A stretch of 64,000 nucleotides of DNA from Candidatus Omnitrophica bacterium UBA6253 (GCA_002441245.1 DJVP01000011.1:129722-193721); one strand, 5' to 3'. Positions 1 to 9,882 are shown, counted from the first letter of the stretch. The notes: generated by a model from the sequence alone, not told the origin. Program-made: numbers and translations.

Positions 1-341
1 CAAGGAATTATGGTAAATATAAAACAGCTGCCGCTGAAGCCAGTTTTAAGACACCTGATACTATTTACGCGCATAACAGTTTCCTGCAGATGGGCGGGGA
101 GATGGGGTTGCTTGGGCTGGGGGCATTCTTTATTTTCCTGTTCTTTACCTTAAAGTCTATTTGGTCAGCTTTTAAGAGAAGCGCCGATCCCTTTTTAAAA
201 GCTTTATCGATATCTGTTTTTGCGGCAATTATAGCTTATTTAATTAACGGCCTTACGGAAACAAGCCTTTATTACGCGCGGATAGTGATGATCTTTTGGT
301 TTTTAATCGGAGTTGGGTTAGCGCTAACCAGGAAGGAGTAA
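1..341 (+). CDS. O-antigen ligase (WaaL/RfaL)-like membrane protein, C-terminal fragment; ORF open to window start
   Basis: Reading frame of the 90..341 ORF has no stop back to position 3. Hydrophobic TM segments and an HNSFLQ...GE.G motif typical of the Wzy_C/O-antigen ligase C-terminal region. Sits at the head of a glycosyltransferase cluster. Confidence 0.4.
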   Translation, partial: RNYGKYKTAAAEASFKTPDTIYAHNSFLQMGGEMGLLGLGAFFIFLFFTLKSIWSAFKRSADPFLKALSISVFAAIIAYLINGLTETSLYYARIVMIFWFLIGVGLALTRKE

Positions 342-342
342 T

Positions 343-1020
343 ATGCTTTCAGTGATAATACCGGCTTATAATGAAGATAAGTCGATTGAAGCGATAATAA
401 ACCAGGTTAGTAATCTGCCTATTGAAAAAGAAATTATCGTGGTTAACGACTGTTCAAAAGACCGCACCACATCAATCTTAAGTTCGCTTTCTTGTAATAA
501 CTTAAAGGTTATACATCATGTCAGTAGAAGAGGCAAGGGCGCTGCGGTGCGCACAGGCCTGGAGAATGCGACAGGCGAATTTGTTATTATTCAGGATGCG
601 GATTTAGAATATGACCCCAATGATTATCTTAAGCTTCTGGAGGCGATAAAAAACCAGGGTGTTGATATAGTTTTGGGAGCGCGGTTTACTGAAGGGTACC
701 AGGGGATATTGCTTCCCAAGGCGGGCAACCGTTTTCTGACCGGGTTAATGAATAAACTATTCGGTGTTAAATTAAATGATTGTTTTACCTGCTATAAACT
801 TATGCGCAGGGATGGTATTTTGGGATTAGGGCTTGAGTCTAATAGTTTTGATATTGAGATTGAAATATTGGCCAAGGCGGTAAAGAAGGGGATGCGTATA
901 CTGGAGATGCCTGTTTCGTATAAGGCGCGTTCGTATAAAGAGGGAAAGAAGATAAAAATTCGCGATGGGCTCTGGGCAATAATGAGGATAATATATTTTA
1001 GATTCAGCAAGCAAAAGTGA
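343..1020 (+). CDS. Family 2 glycosyltransferase (polyprenol-phosphate sugar transferase/DPM1-like)
   Basis: N-terminal IIPAYNE motif and DxD-type (QDADLEYD) motif. AGGAG RBS 7 nt upstream of the ATG. Confidence 0.8.
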   Translation: MLSVIIPAYNEDKSIEAIINQVSNLPIEKEIIVVNDCSKDRTTSILSSLSCNNLKVIHHVSRRGKGAAVRTGLENATGEFVIIQDADLEYDPNDYLKLLEAIKNQGVDIVLGARFTEGYQGILLPKAGNRFLTGLMNKLFGVKLNDCFTCYKLMRRDGILGLGLESNSFDIEIEILAKAVKKGMRILEMPVSYKARSYKEGKKIKIRDGLWAIMRIIYFRFSKQK

Positions 1021-2789
1021 ACGAAAAAATTTATATTCTGGGGATTTCCTGTTTTTACCATGATAGTGCCGCCTGTTTAGTTTGCGGCGGAGAAATTATT
1101 GCCGCTGCCCAGGAGGAACGTTTTACGCGCAAGAAACACGATTTTAATTTTCCTAAAAACGCGGTAGATTACTGCCTGAAAGAAGCATGTATCAGCGCGA
1201 GTGATTTAGATTTTGTAGTTTTTTACGATAAACCGTTCATCAAGTTCGAACGTATCCTTGAAACTGCCCTTACTTATGCCCCCGGAGGCATAACTCAATT
1301 TATTCAGGCTATCCCGTTATGGTTGAATAAGAAGATCTGGATCTGCGAGCTGATCAGGAGGAACCTGGATTATAAAGGAAAGGTTTTATTCAGTGGGCAT
1401 CATGAAGCACATGCCGCAAGCGCGTTTTATGCCTCACCTTTTAAAGAAGCCGCATTCCTGACTATGGATGGGGTGGGGGAATGGGAGACGGCAAGTTTTG
1501 GCGCAGGCCGGGGTAATGAATTAGATATTCAATATTATCTGCGGTTTCCGCATTCCCTGGGTTTACTTTATTCAGCGTTTACTTATTATTGCGGTTTTAA
1601 GGTTAACTCAGGGGAATATAAGCTTATGGGGCTTGCTCCCTATGGCCGGCCTATTTATAAAGATTTAATTTTAGATAAACTGATAGACCTTAAAGACGAC
1701 GGTTCTTTTAAAATAATCATGAAGTATTTTGGTTATTGCAACAGCTTGCGTATGACAAATTATCGTTTTGACCGTCTTTTTGGCGCTCCTCCCAGAAAAC
1801 CTGAAACAGAGATATCTCAAAAATATATGGATGTAGCTGCTTCTATACAGGATGTTACAGAGGAAATAATGCTTAAAATGGCCTGTCATGTTCACAGGGT
1901 AACTGGGCAGGAGAACCTTTGTTTGGCCGGAGGCGTAGCTTTAAATTGCGTGGGAAACGGCAGGATATTACGGGAAGGCCCGTTTAAGAATATTTGGATC
2001 CAGCCGGCAAGCGGGGATGCAGGCGGCGCGTTAGGAGCTGCTCTTTTGATCTGGTATAAATATTTAGGCAACAGAAGGATTGCCGATGGCAGGCATGATT
2101 CACAAAAGGGTTCATTATTAGGGCCATCTTACAGCGATGATTATATAGAAAGATTCTTGAAAGAATCTAATATTCCTCATAGGCGCCTTGCTGATGAAGC
2201 CATCGCAGGGGAGGCTTCGGATTTAATCGCGCAGGGCAAGGTTATTGGTTGGTTTGAAGGTCGTGCAGAGTTTGGGCCGCGGGCATTAGGAGCAAGAAGC
2301 ATCATTGGGGATGCGCGTCAGGCGGATATGCGATCCAGGATGAACCTGAAAATTAAATATCGTGAATCATTCCGCCCGTTTGCCCCTGCGGTTTTAAGGG
2401 AAAAAACAGATGAATGGTTTGATTTAGATAAAGAAAGCCCGTACATGCTTTTAACCGCCCCGGTAAAAAAAGAAAATAAATGTTCTCCTATACCCGCAGT
2501 TACCCACGTGGATTATACCGCCAGGGTGCAGACTGTTTTTAAGGAAGATAATCCGCTTTTTTATGAGCTCATAAATCAGTTTTATCAAAAAACAGGATGC
2601 CCGGTCGTAATTAACACTTCTTTTAATGTAAGGGGGGAGCCGTTAGTCTTGACTCCGCAGGATGCTTTTAAGTGTTTTATGCGCACGGGAATTGATTATC
2701 TTGTTATGGGTAGTTTTTTGCTGGATAAGGCTGCGCAGGAACCTGCAGAAAAAGATTTTAAATGGCAGAAGGAATTCGCATTGGATTAA
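1017..2789 (+). CDS. Carbamoyltransferase (NodU/CmcH family)
   Basis: N-terminal ILGISCFYHDSAAC and HHEAHAASAFY motifs of NodU/CmcH carbamoyltransferases. 590 aa. GTG start overlaps the upstream stop. Confidence 0.85.
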   Translation: MNEKIYILGISCFYHDSAACLVCGGEIIAAAQEERFTRKKHDFNFPKNAVDYCLKEACISASDLDFVVFYDKPFIKFERILETALTYAPGGITQFIQAIPLWLNKKIWICELIRRNLDYKGKVLFSGHHEAHAASAFYASPFKEAAFLTMDGVGEWETASFGAGRGNELDIQYYLRFPHSLGLLYSAFTYYCGFKVNSGEYKLMGLAPYGRPIYKDLILDKLIDLKDDGSFKIIMKYFGYCNSLRMTNYRFDRLFGAPPRKPETEISQKYMDVAASIQDVTEEIMLKMACHVHRVTGQENLCLAGGVALNCVGNGRILREGPFKNIWIQPASGDAGGALGAALLIWYKYLGNRRIADGRHDSQKGSLLGPSYSDDYIERFLKESNIPHRRLADEAIAGEASDLIAQGKVIGWFEGRAEFGPRALGARSIIGDARQADMRSRMNLKIKYRESFRPFAPAVLREKTDEWFDLDKESPYMLLTAPVKKENKCSPIPAVTHVDYTARVQTVFKEDNPLFYELINQFYQKTGCPVVINTSFNVRGEPLVLTPQDAFKCFMRTGIDYLVMGSFLLDKAAQEPAEKDFKWQKEFALD

Positions 2790-3049
2790 CAGGTGTAACT
2801 ATGAAGACCGTTTCTATATTTAAGCCTTTATATATTTGCTGGATGAAATTAGCATATGTCTTATCCTGGTTCAACAGTAGGTTGTTATTGTTTTTAATAT
2901 TCTATTTTGTTTTTACGCCGATCGGCTGGATTTTAAAATTACTGCGCAAAGATTTGTTAGATATGAGGATTAAAAGGGGAGAAAAGTCGTATTGGAGAAA
3001 AAAAGATAAGAATGAATTTGGCACAGTTTCTTATGAGAAGCAATTTTAA
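2762..3049 (+). CDS. SxtJ-like small membrane protein, a partner of carbamoyltransferases
   Basis: 95 aa with one long hydrophobic helix. Overlaps the 3' end of the carbamoyltransferase gene. Same gene order as sxtI-sxtJ-sxtK. Confidence 0.45.
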   Translation: MAEGIRIGLTGVTMKTVSIFKPLYICWMKLAYVLSWFNSRLLLFLIFYFVFTPIGWILKLLRKDLLDMRIKRGEKSYWRKKDKNEFGTVSYEKQF

Positions 3050-3077
3050 ATTCGCCTTACTGCAGGCAGGGGGGTAA

Positions 3078-3236
3078 ATGGGCAAGTTGGGGATTTTGAA
3101 AGAATTATGGGATTTTCTACGCCTAAGGAGAAAATGGTGGCTGACTCCGATATTGATTATACTTATTTTGCTGGGGTTATTGATATTTCTTACTCAAGGC
3201 AGCGCGATAACTCCGTTTATTTATGCGCTTTTTTAA
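3078..3236 (+). CDS. DUF5989/SxtK-like 52-aa membrane peptide, absent from the ORF track
   Basis: My translation is MGKLGILKELWDFLRLRRKWWLTPILIILILLGLLIFLTQGSAITPFIYALF. The KKWWL-P...LLG...GSA..PFIY pattern matches the DUF5989 family that follows SxtJ-like genes next to carbamoyltransferases. Stop at 3234-3236 abuts the next start. Confidence 0.55.
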   Translation: MGKLGILKELWDFLRLRRKWWLTPILIILILLGLLIFLTQGSAITPFIYALF

Positions 3237-3239
3237 TTT

Positions 3240-4160
3240 ATGGTCGATAAGGTAAAAATAAAGAATATTTTAATAATACGCAATGACCGCTTCGGTGAGT
3301 TTTTGCTGAATATCCCGGCAATGCGCGCATTGAAAGAGGCTTATCCTTATGCAAGGCTTACCCTGGCAGTAGATCAGGCGGTTTTCGAGTTGGCTGGCGC
3401 GGTTGAGTGCGTTGATGAGGTGCTGGTTTGGGAGGAGGCCAGGGGAAGTTTAAGTAAGCATAAGTTTGATCTTTGTGTTATTTTAAACCCTACGAAAGAG
3501 GCGCACTGGGCTTCTTTTTGCGCCGGCATACCTGTGCGCGTGGGCTATGACAGGAAATGGGGATTTCTGTTGACGCATAAAATAAAAGATACTAAAGACC
3601 AGGGAAGCCGGCATGAGGTGGATTGTAATTTGGAACTGGTGGGGTTGGTCGGCGCAAAGACTGATGATAAAACGCTTAAGATTAAGGTTGATGACAATCT
3701 GTTCAGGGGTTTTATCGGGCAGGGGATTGTGGTGATACACCCGTTTACCAGCGACCCAGTTAAGCAGTGGCCTGTTGAACGGTTTAAGGAGTTGGCCTTA
3801 CGTATTAAGCGTGAATTGGGATTAAATGTTGTTATGGTGGGGTTATCGCCAGGCGTTTTAGACGCAGGCGATGGCATCATTAATTTGATCAATAAAACTT
3901 CTTTATTGGAATTAGCTGCGCTATTAAAACACAGTTCTTTGCTTGTTTCATGCGATAGCGGGCCGGTGCATTTGGCTTCTAGCGTGGGTACGGTGGTGGT
4001 GGCCTTGTTCAGGAATGACCTGCCGGGTAAGTCCAGCCGGCGCTGGGGGCCATGGGGGGAGGGGCATGTGGTTATAGAAAAAAGCAACCTTAGGGATATA
4101 AGCGTGGGTGAAGTATTAGCCTTGGTAAGGGGATATTATGATAAAAAAAAGAAAGGTTAA
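3240..4160 (+). CDS. GT9 heptosyltransferase (ADP-heptose:LPS heptosyltransferase family)
   Basis: NILIIRNDRFGEFLLNIPAMRAL N-terminus and C-terminal GxxxGPxHLA motif of glycosyltransferase family 9. Confidence 0.8.
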   Translation: MVDKVKIKNILIIRNDRFGEFLLNIPAMRALKEAYPYARLTLAVDQAVFELAGAVECVDEVLVWEEARGSLSKHKFDLCVILNPTKEAHWASFCAGIPVRVGYDRKWGFLLTHKIKDTKDQGSRHEVDCNLELVGLVGAKTDDKTLKIKVDDNLFRGFIGQGIVVIHPFTSDPVKQWPVERFKELALRIKRELGLNVVMVGLSPGVLDAGDGIINLINKTSLLELAALLKHSSLLVSCDSGPVHLASSVGTVVVALFRNDLPGKSSRRWGPWGEGHVVIEKSNLRDISVGEVLALVRGYYDKKKKG

Positions 4161-4866
4161 TTTCCTGCTTGAATCGGTAATCAGTAATTTTTCCGGATTG
4201 CCGAAAGGAAAGATACTGGACTTGGGCTGTGGAGAAGGTGAATATTCCAAAAGACTGAAGGATTCGGGATTTGACGTTATTTCCGGGGATATTGATTCAG
4301 CAAGATTTAAATATAAAGATGAGATTGGGTTTAAGTATTGCGACATAACAAATAAGCTTCCTTTTGCGGATAATACTTTTGATTATGTTTTATTGCTGGA
4401 GGTTATAGAGCATTTAAGAAATCCGTATGCGGTTATTTCGGAAATCAACAGGATTATTAAAGAAAATGGCTTTTTGATTTTATCCACCCCTAACATTCTC
4501 AGCTTAAAATCAAGGTTCAGGTTTATTTTTGAAGGTGGATATGAATATTTCAGGGAGCCGCCTTTTGACCAGGCAAAAAACTCCAATGAAGTTATTTTTA
4601 ATTTGCACCTTATGCCGCATAGGTATCATGAGCTGGAGTATTTATTATCCGCGAGCGGATTTAAGGTTTACGGTATTTTTACCAGTGTTTATGAAGGATT
4701 TGAACTGGGGTTGTTATACCCGGTTATTTTATTCCAAGCCTGGCTTAAGGAGAAGCGGTTCATGAAAAAAGGTGGCGTAAATTACAGGCGCATAAATAAA
4801 ACCTTGCTTTCTAAAGAGCTAATTTTCGGCAGGCATTTAATTATTAAAGCGCTTAAGATAAAGTAG
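4138..4866 (+). CDS. Class I SAM-dependent methyltransferase
   Basis: ILDLGCGEGEYS motif I and a LLLEVIEH acidic motif. Confidence 0.75.
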   Translation: MIKKRKVNFLLESVISNFSGLPKGKILDLGCGEGEYSKRLKDSGFDVISGDIDSARFKYKDEIGFKYCDITNKLPFADNTFDYVLLLEVIEHLRNPYAVISEINRIIKENGFLILSTPNILSLKSRFRFIFEGGYEYFREPPFDQAKNSNEVIFNLHLMPHRYHELEYLLSASGFKVYGIFTSVYEGFELGLLYPVILFQAWLKEKRFMKKGGVNYRRINKTLLSKELIFGRHLIIKALKIK

Positions 4867-4887
4867 GCATTTAGGTATCGTATTTTG

Positions 4888-4937
4888 TATTTGTTTTGTA
4901 ACACGTGTTATTGCAGATAATTACATAGACTGTCTAC
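4888..4937 (+). promoter_or_regulatory. Bipartite conserved motif copy A (TATTTGTTTTGTAAC-N19-TACATAGACTGTCTAC) upstream of manC
   Basis: One of six copies. Contains the 11-bp palindrome TAGACTGTCTA. Followed by TATAAT at 4949-4954 and the ATG at 4963. Confidence 0.6.
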
Positions 4938-4962
4938 AGGATATGGGGTATAATTAAAAACT

Positions 4963-6354
4963 ATGACATACGCAGTTATTTTAGCCGGTGGAGTGGGAAG
5001 CAGGTTTTGGCCATTTTCGCGCTCCTTTGAGCCAAAGCAGTTTATGAAGGTTATTGGAGAGGCAAGTCTTTTTCAGACGACTATTCAGCGTTTAAAAGGC
5101 TTGGTGGATAAGCGCCGCGTTTATATTGTTACGAACAGTATTTATTTCTATGAAGTAAAGGCGCAGGTCGCTAAGTTTGGAATTCCCGATACAAATATAA
5201 TCTTAGAGCCGCAAGGTAAGAATACCGCTCCGGCGGTTGGGCTTTGCGCAAAATTAATCAGCAGGATAGATAAAGACGCGGTGCTCCTGGTTTTTCCCTC
5301 GGATCACTATATCAAGAATATAGGAAATTTTAAGAAAACGATTAAAAAAGCAATTGCCTGCGCAGGGAAAGATTTCTTGGTTACGATAGGGGTCAAACCG
5401 GGGGCAGCCTCAACGGGATATGGGTATATAAAGGTTGGCGGTAAGGAGAACGGATATAATATAGTCGAGAATTTCCTGGAAAAGCCGGGCTTAAAGGAGG
5501 CAGAGAAATATTTTAAGGATAAGAAATTCTTCTGGAACAGCGGGATGTTTGCCTGGAAGGCTTCGGTGTTCCTGGATGAGGCCAGGAGATACCTGCCTAA
5601 ACTGTACGCTAATCTGAGGTTGATTAATTCGGCAAATGATATCCCTGAAATCTGGCCGAGGATTAAGGCGATTTCTATTGATTACGGGATTATGGAACAT
5701 TCGCGCAGGATCGCGCTTATCCCCGCTGATTTTTACTGGACGGATTTAGGCAGCTGGGGTGCGCTGGCGGAGATCTTTCCGAAAGATAAGAAAGGTAATA
5801 TCGCTAATAGCGATACCTTGAATGTGGATAGCCACGGCGTATGTATATTTGCCAGAGGCAACAGGTTGGTTTCGACAATTGGTGTTAATAATATGGTTAT
5901 CGCGGACACCCCGGATGCCTTACTGGTTTGCGATAGGAACAGGACTCAGGATGTGAAGCAACTGGTTGATAGGTTAAAGACGCTCAAGCGCAAAGAGCAT
6001 CAGGTGCATTTGACTGAGCGCAGGCCCTGGGGGTCGTTTACTGTTTTACAGGAAGGTCCGGGTTTTAAGATTAAGCTTATTGAGCTTGCGTCGAAGAAAC
6101 GCCTTAGCCTGCAAAGGCATAAATGCAGGGCTGAGCATTGGGTGGTGGTTTCCGGCATGGCAAAGATTACCAGCGCTGATAAGGTTTCATTTGTACGCAG
6201 TAATGAGAGTGTGTATATACCTAAATACAGGAAGCACCGCCTGGAGAACCCACTGCGCATACCTTTGAAGATTGTTGAAGTGCAGACAGGCGCCTATCTT
6301 GAGGAAGACGATATTGAAAGATTTGAAGACGATTTTATTAAAGAGCGCAGGTAG
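4963..6354 (+). CDS. manC: Mannose-1-phosphate guanylyltransferase / mannose-6-phosphate isomerase (bifunctional ManC type)
   Basis: AVILAGGVGSRFWP nucleotidyltransferase N-terminus plus a C-terminal cupin domain. 463 aa. Confidence 0.9.
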   Translation: MTYAVILAGGVGSRFWPFSRSFEPKQFMKVIGEASLFQTTIQRLKGLVDKRRVYIVTNSIYFYEVKAQVAKFGIPDTNIILEPQGKNTAPAVGLCAKLISRIDKDAVLLVFPSDHYIKNIGNFKKTIKKAIACAGKDFLVTIGVKPGAASTGYGYIKVGGKENGYNIVENFLEKPGLKEAEKYFKDKKFFWNSGMFAWKASVFLDEARRYLPKLYANLRLINSANDIPEIWPRIKAISIDYGIMEHSRRIALIPADFYWTDLGSWGALAEIFPKDKKGNIANSDTLNVDSHGVCIFARGNRLVSTIGVNNMVIADTPDALLVCDRNRTQDVKQLVDRLKTLKRKEHQVHLTERRPWGSFTVLQEGPGFKIKLIELASKKRLSLQRHKCRAEHWVVVSGMAKITSADKVSFVRSNESVYIPKYRKHRLENPLRIPLKIVEVQTGAYLEEDDIERFEDDFIKERR

Positions 6355-7438
6355 GGTAGGCAGAAATGCCCCTAAATTCCTGATTGTTAATCCGTTTGGG
6401 ATCGGGGATGTCCTGTTTACCACGCCGGTGATCAGGGCGATTAAAGGGCATTATCCGGATAGTTTTATCTGTTACTGGTCGAATGCGCGGGTTAAACCTA
6501 TTTTGGAAGGTAATCCTCATATAAATAAAGTTTTTGCTCTTTCGCGCGGAGACCTTAAAAAGATTTACGAGGAGTCATTTTTTAAAGGTGCCTGGAGCGC
6601 GATTAAACTGGCTTGGGAGATAAGGAAGGAACGTTTTGATATCTGCCTCGATTTTTCTCTCGACCACCGTTATAGTCTGTTTGCGAAAATAATGGGGATA
6701 GGCAGGCGTATTGGATTTAATTATAAAAGCAGGGGGAGATTTCTTACTAACCGCCTGGACATAGACGGCTATCATAATAAGCATGTAGTAGAATATTATC
6801 TGGAGTTGCTTAAATTTTTAGATATTTCAGTTAACGACAAGGGGATGCTCTTGGATGTTTCTCCTGAAACAGAATCGAGGGCAAAAAACTTACTTGCTGC
6901 AGCGGGGATTGAAGAAAAGGATTTAGTGATCGGCATTGCCCCTGGAGCCGGAGGCAGCTGGGGCAAGGATGCCCCTTACAAGCATTGGCCGGCATTAAAG
7001 TTTGCTCAGTTAGCGAATAAGCTTATAGATGAGTTTGGCGCCAAGGTGGTAATACTGGGAGATGAGCCAGAACGCAAGATCGCTGAGGTAATGGTTCATG
7101 CTATGCGTAATAAGCCGATAGATTTGACGGGTAAGACGGGATTGGATATTTTACCGGGGATAATTAAGAATTGTAATTTGCTTATTACTAATGATGGCGG
7201 GCCGATGCATATGGCAGTGGCGTTGGGGGTCAGGTCAGTTTCAATCTTTGGGCCGGTAAGCGAAACGGTGTATGGGCCGTATCCCGGAAAGTGGACACAT
7301 ATAGCCTTGAAATGGGATATGACTTGCCGGCCGTGTTATAAGAATTTCAGGCTTGCGGTTTGCGATAAAGATAGAGAATGTTTAAGGCAGATTAGCGTTG
7401 ATACGGTTTTTGGGGCGGCGGCGAGGTTGTTAAAATAA
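6272..7438 (+). CDS. GT9 heptosyltransferase; true start probably downstream of 6272 (TTG candidates at 6299, 6314, 6323)
   Basis: KFLIVNPFGIGDVLFTTPVIRAIK N-terminal region and ITNDGGPMHMAVALG C-terminal motif. The ORF overlaps manC by about 80 nt. Confidence 0.75.
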   Translation: MLKCRQAPILRKTILKDLKTILLKSAGRVGRNAPKFLIVNPFGIGDVLFTTPVIRAIKGHYPDSFICYWSNARVKPILEGNPHINKVFALSRGDLKKIYEESFFKGAWSAIKLAWEIRKERFDICLDFSLDHRYSLFAKIMGIGRRIGFNYKSRGRFLTNRLDIDGYHNKHVVEYYLELLKFLDISVNDKGMLLDVSPETESRAKNLLAAAGIEEKDLVIGIAPGAGGSWGKDAPYKHWPALKFAQLANKLIDEFGAKVVILGDEPERKIAEVMVHAMRNKPIDLTGKTGLDILPGIIKNCNLLITNDGGPMHMAVALGVRSVSIFGPVSETVYGPYPGKWTHIALKWDMTCRPCYKNFRLAVCDKDRECLRQISVDTVFGAAARLLK

Positions 7439-7447
7439 AGGAGAATT

Positions 7448-8566
7448 ATGGAAATATCAGCGTTAGATTTGAAAAAACAAATTGCGCCGATACGGCAGGA
7501 AATAGATGCGGCTATAAAAGAGGCAATTGATAATACCAGTTTTGTATTGGGGCAGGGGGTGGCTAATTTTGAAAAGAGTGTTGTAAAATATTCCGGAGCA
7601 AAATATGCTGTCGGGGTTTCAAACGGGACTGATGCTATAATGCTGGCCTTGCTTGCCTTGGGGGTTGGGCCTGGAGACGGGGTAATCTGCCCTGCGTTTA
7701 CTTACTACGCTACGGCAGGAGCGGTGGCAAATATTGGGGCAAAGCCGGTATTTTCGGATATTGACCGGGATACATATAATATTTCACTTGAAGGTATTGA
7801 AAAGGTATTATCCGGGAAGAATAAAATAAAAATTAAGGCGATTATTCCGGTCCATCTTTATGGCCAGTGCGCTGATATGGATGGGGTATTGAGGCTGGCG
7901 CGTAAGTATAAATTAAAGGTAGTCGAGGATACTGCGCAGGCCTTTGGCGCGGAATATAAGGGTAAAAAAGCAGGGACATTGGGCGATTGCGGGGCGGTGA
8001 GTTTTTATCCGGGGAAAAACCTGGGGGCTTTTGGCGATGCGGGATTAATTTTAACGAACAATAAAATTGTTGCTGAGCGATTAAATATCCTGCGTAATCA
8101 GGGTAATAAAAATAAATATTATCATTTAGTCCTGGGGCGGAACAACCGCATGGATACGATCCAGGCACTGGTCCTTGACGTTAAGTTAAGATACCTTGAT
8201 GGATGGAATAAGAAAAGGCAAGAGGTTGCGCGGTATTATAATGAAAATCTGACCGGGTTGCCGGTAAAGACCCCATTTGTGCCCAGCTATACTACGCATA
8301 TCTATCATCAATATACTTTGCGTGCCCGGGGTTCGAATAAAAAGTTTGTGGAGCATTTGCAGGCGAAGGGTATTGATACGCGGGTGTTTTATCCGGTGCC
8401 GTTGCACATGCAGAAATGTTTTAAATATTTAGGGTATAAGGCGGGGGATTTTTCGGAGGCGGAGTCAGGGGCGAAACAGACATTTACTCTGCCGATTTAT
8501 CCGGAGTTGACCATGGGGGAAAAAGATTATATTATTCAATCTATTAAGGAGACCATTAATGGTTAA
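7448..8566 (+). CDS. DegT/DnrJ/EryC1/StrS-family PLP-dependent sugar aminotransferase
   Basis: Family-typical GxxxGDxV and VSFYPGKNLGAFGDAG (PLP lysine region) motifs. 372 aa. Confidence 0.9.
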   Translation: MEISALDLKKQIAPIRQEIDAAIKEAIDNTSFVLGQGVANFEKSVVKYSGAKYAVGVSNGTDAIMLALLALGVGPGDGVICPAFTYYATAGAVANIGAKPVFSDIDRDTYNISLEGIEKVLSGKNKIKIKAIIPVHLYGQCADMDGVLRLARKYKLKVVEDTAQAFGAEYKGKKAGTLGDCGAVSFYPGKNLGAFGDAGLILTNNKIVAERLNILRNQGNKNKYYHLVLGRNNRMDTIQALVLDVKLRYLDGWNKKRQEVARYYNENLTGLPVKTPFVPSYTTHIYHQYTLRARGSNKKFVEHLQAKGIDTRVFYPVPLHMQKCFKYLGYKAGDFSEAESGAKQTFTLPIYPELTMGEKDYIIQSIKETING

Positions 8567-9314
8567 GTTGTCAGTGGTAGTTTTGACGAAAAATGAAGAG
8601 TCTTGTATTGCCCAGTGCCTTGAGTCGGTGAAATGGGCGGATGAAATTATTGTAGTAGATGATGAGAGTTCGGATAAGACGGTAGAAATTGTTAAGAGGT
8701 ATAATTGTAAAGTTTTCTTAAGGAAGATGGATGTGGAGGGCAGGCATAGGAATTGGGCTTATGCCCAGGCGAGAAATCAATGGGTTTTAAGCCTTGATGC
8801 GGATGAGACAGTTACTCCGGAATTAAAGCTTGAGATTGAACAGGCGATTGGATCAGGCGGGTTTGCGGCTTATGATATACCGCTGCGTAATTTTATCAGT
8901 AACTACTGGGTAAAATACGGTGGATGGTATCCGGCATCAAAGGTAAGGCTTTTTCAAAAAGATAAATTCAAATATGAAGAGGCGGAGGTACACCCCCGGG
9001 CATTTATTGATGGCTCATGCGGGCATTTAAAATCGGATATTGTCCATAGGGGGTATCCGGATCTGGAGCATTTTCTAAACAGCGTTAACCGGCAGTCGAC
9101 TCTTGAAGCGGTAAAATGGGTTAAAACCGGGCGCAAGATGACATTATTATGGGCCAGCTGGAGAGCAATAGATCGTTTTTTCAGAAGGTATATTTATAAG
9201 GGGTCGTATAAAGACGGGATGTATGGTTTTGTTATTGCTTATTTTGATATGTTGTATCAGATATTAAGTTATGTGAAATTCAGGGAAATGAAGAACAAAA
9301 GTAAAATACGGTAA
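8559..9314 (+). CDS. Family 2 glycosyltransferase (LPS core type)
   Basis: LSVVVLTKNEE and LDADE motifs. Confidence 0.8.
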   Translation: MVKLSVVVLTKNEESCIAQCLESVKWADEIIVVDDESSDKTVEIVKRYNCKVFLRKMDVEGRHRNWAYAQARNQWVLSLDADETVTPELKLEIEQAIGSGGFAAYDIPLRNFISNYWVKYGGWYPASKVRLFQKDKFKYEEAEVHPRAFIDGSCGHLKSDIVHRGYPDLEHFLNSVNRQSTLEAVKWVKTGRKMTLLWASWRAIDRFFRRYIYKGSYKDGMYGFVIAYFDMLYQILSYVKFREMKNKSKIR

Positions 9315-9326
9315 TTGTTGGTATTT

Positions 9327-9869
9327 ATGAAAAATGTATTTTTAGACCGTGATGGGGTAATAAATAAATATCCTGGCGACAGGTTATATGTAACTTCGCT
9401 TAAGAAGTTTAGATTTCTGCCTCGGGCAAAGAAAGCAATTGCCTTCTTGAGTAAAAAAGGGTGCAGGATATTTGTGGCATCTAATCAGGCCGGAGTGGGC
9501 AAGGGGGCTTATAGCCAAAAGACCCTGGATGCGATAACTGCTAAGATGCTTAAGGATATTGAGCGCTCAGGAGGGAAAATTACCAAGGTTTATTATTGTA
9601 CGCATCGTAAAGAGACAGGTTGTAGCTGTCGTAAGCCAAAACCGGGTTTACTTAAGAAAGCTGCGAAAGAATTCAAGATTTCCTTGAAGGAATCATATTT
9701 TGTGGGCGATACTATACGCGATGTACTGACTGCCCATGCCGTGGGCGCTAAGTCTATCCTCATCCTTTGCGGTAAAGAGAAATTATCTAATCAAAAGAAC
9801 TGGGAAATAAAGCCGGACTTTGTGTTTAAAGATCTCCTCACAGCAACGAAATTTCTGACTAGCAACTAA
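9327..9869 (+). CDS. gmhB: D-glycero-D-manno-heptose 1,7-bisphosphate phosphatase (HAD-IIIA)
   Basis: FLDRDGVIN HAD motif I and a CxHxxxxxCxC zinc motif (CTHRKETGCSC). In-frame ATG at 9327 follows a TTG at 9315. Confidence 0.8.
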   Translation: MKNVFLDRDGVINKYPGDRLYVTSLKKFRFLPRAKKAIAFLSKKGCRIFVASNQAGVGKGAYSQKTLDAITAKMLKDIERSGGKITKVYYCTHRKETGCSCRKPKPGLLKKAAKEFKISLKESYFVGDTIRDVLTAHAVGAKSILILCGKEKLSNQKNWEIKPDFVFKDLLTATKFLTSN

Positions 9870-9882
9870 ATTATTGCTTAAA

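Noticed and set aside
4888-4937. Interpreting the bipartite 50-bp motif as the housekeeping sigma70 promoter
   Set aside because: The conserved blocks do not sit at -35/-10 spacing (17 +/- 1). Perfect TTGACA-N17-TATAAT promoters exist elsewhere in the window (33834, 35166). It is more likely another factor's site.
6366-6383. ATG at 6366 as the start of the second heptosyltransferase
   Set aside because: It is out of frame with the GT9 ORF and hits a stop after 5 codons. The true start must be a TTG within 6272-6325.
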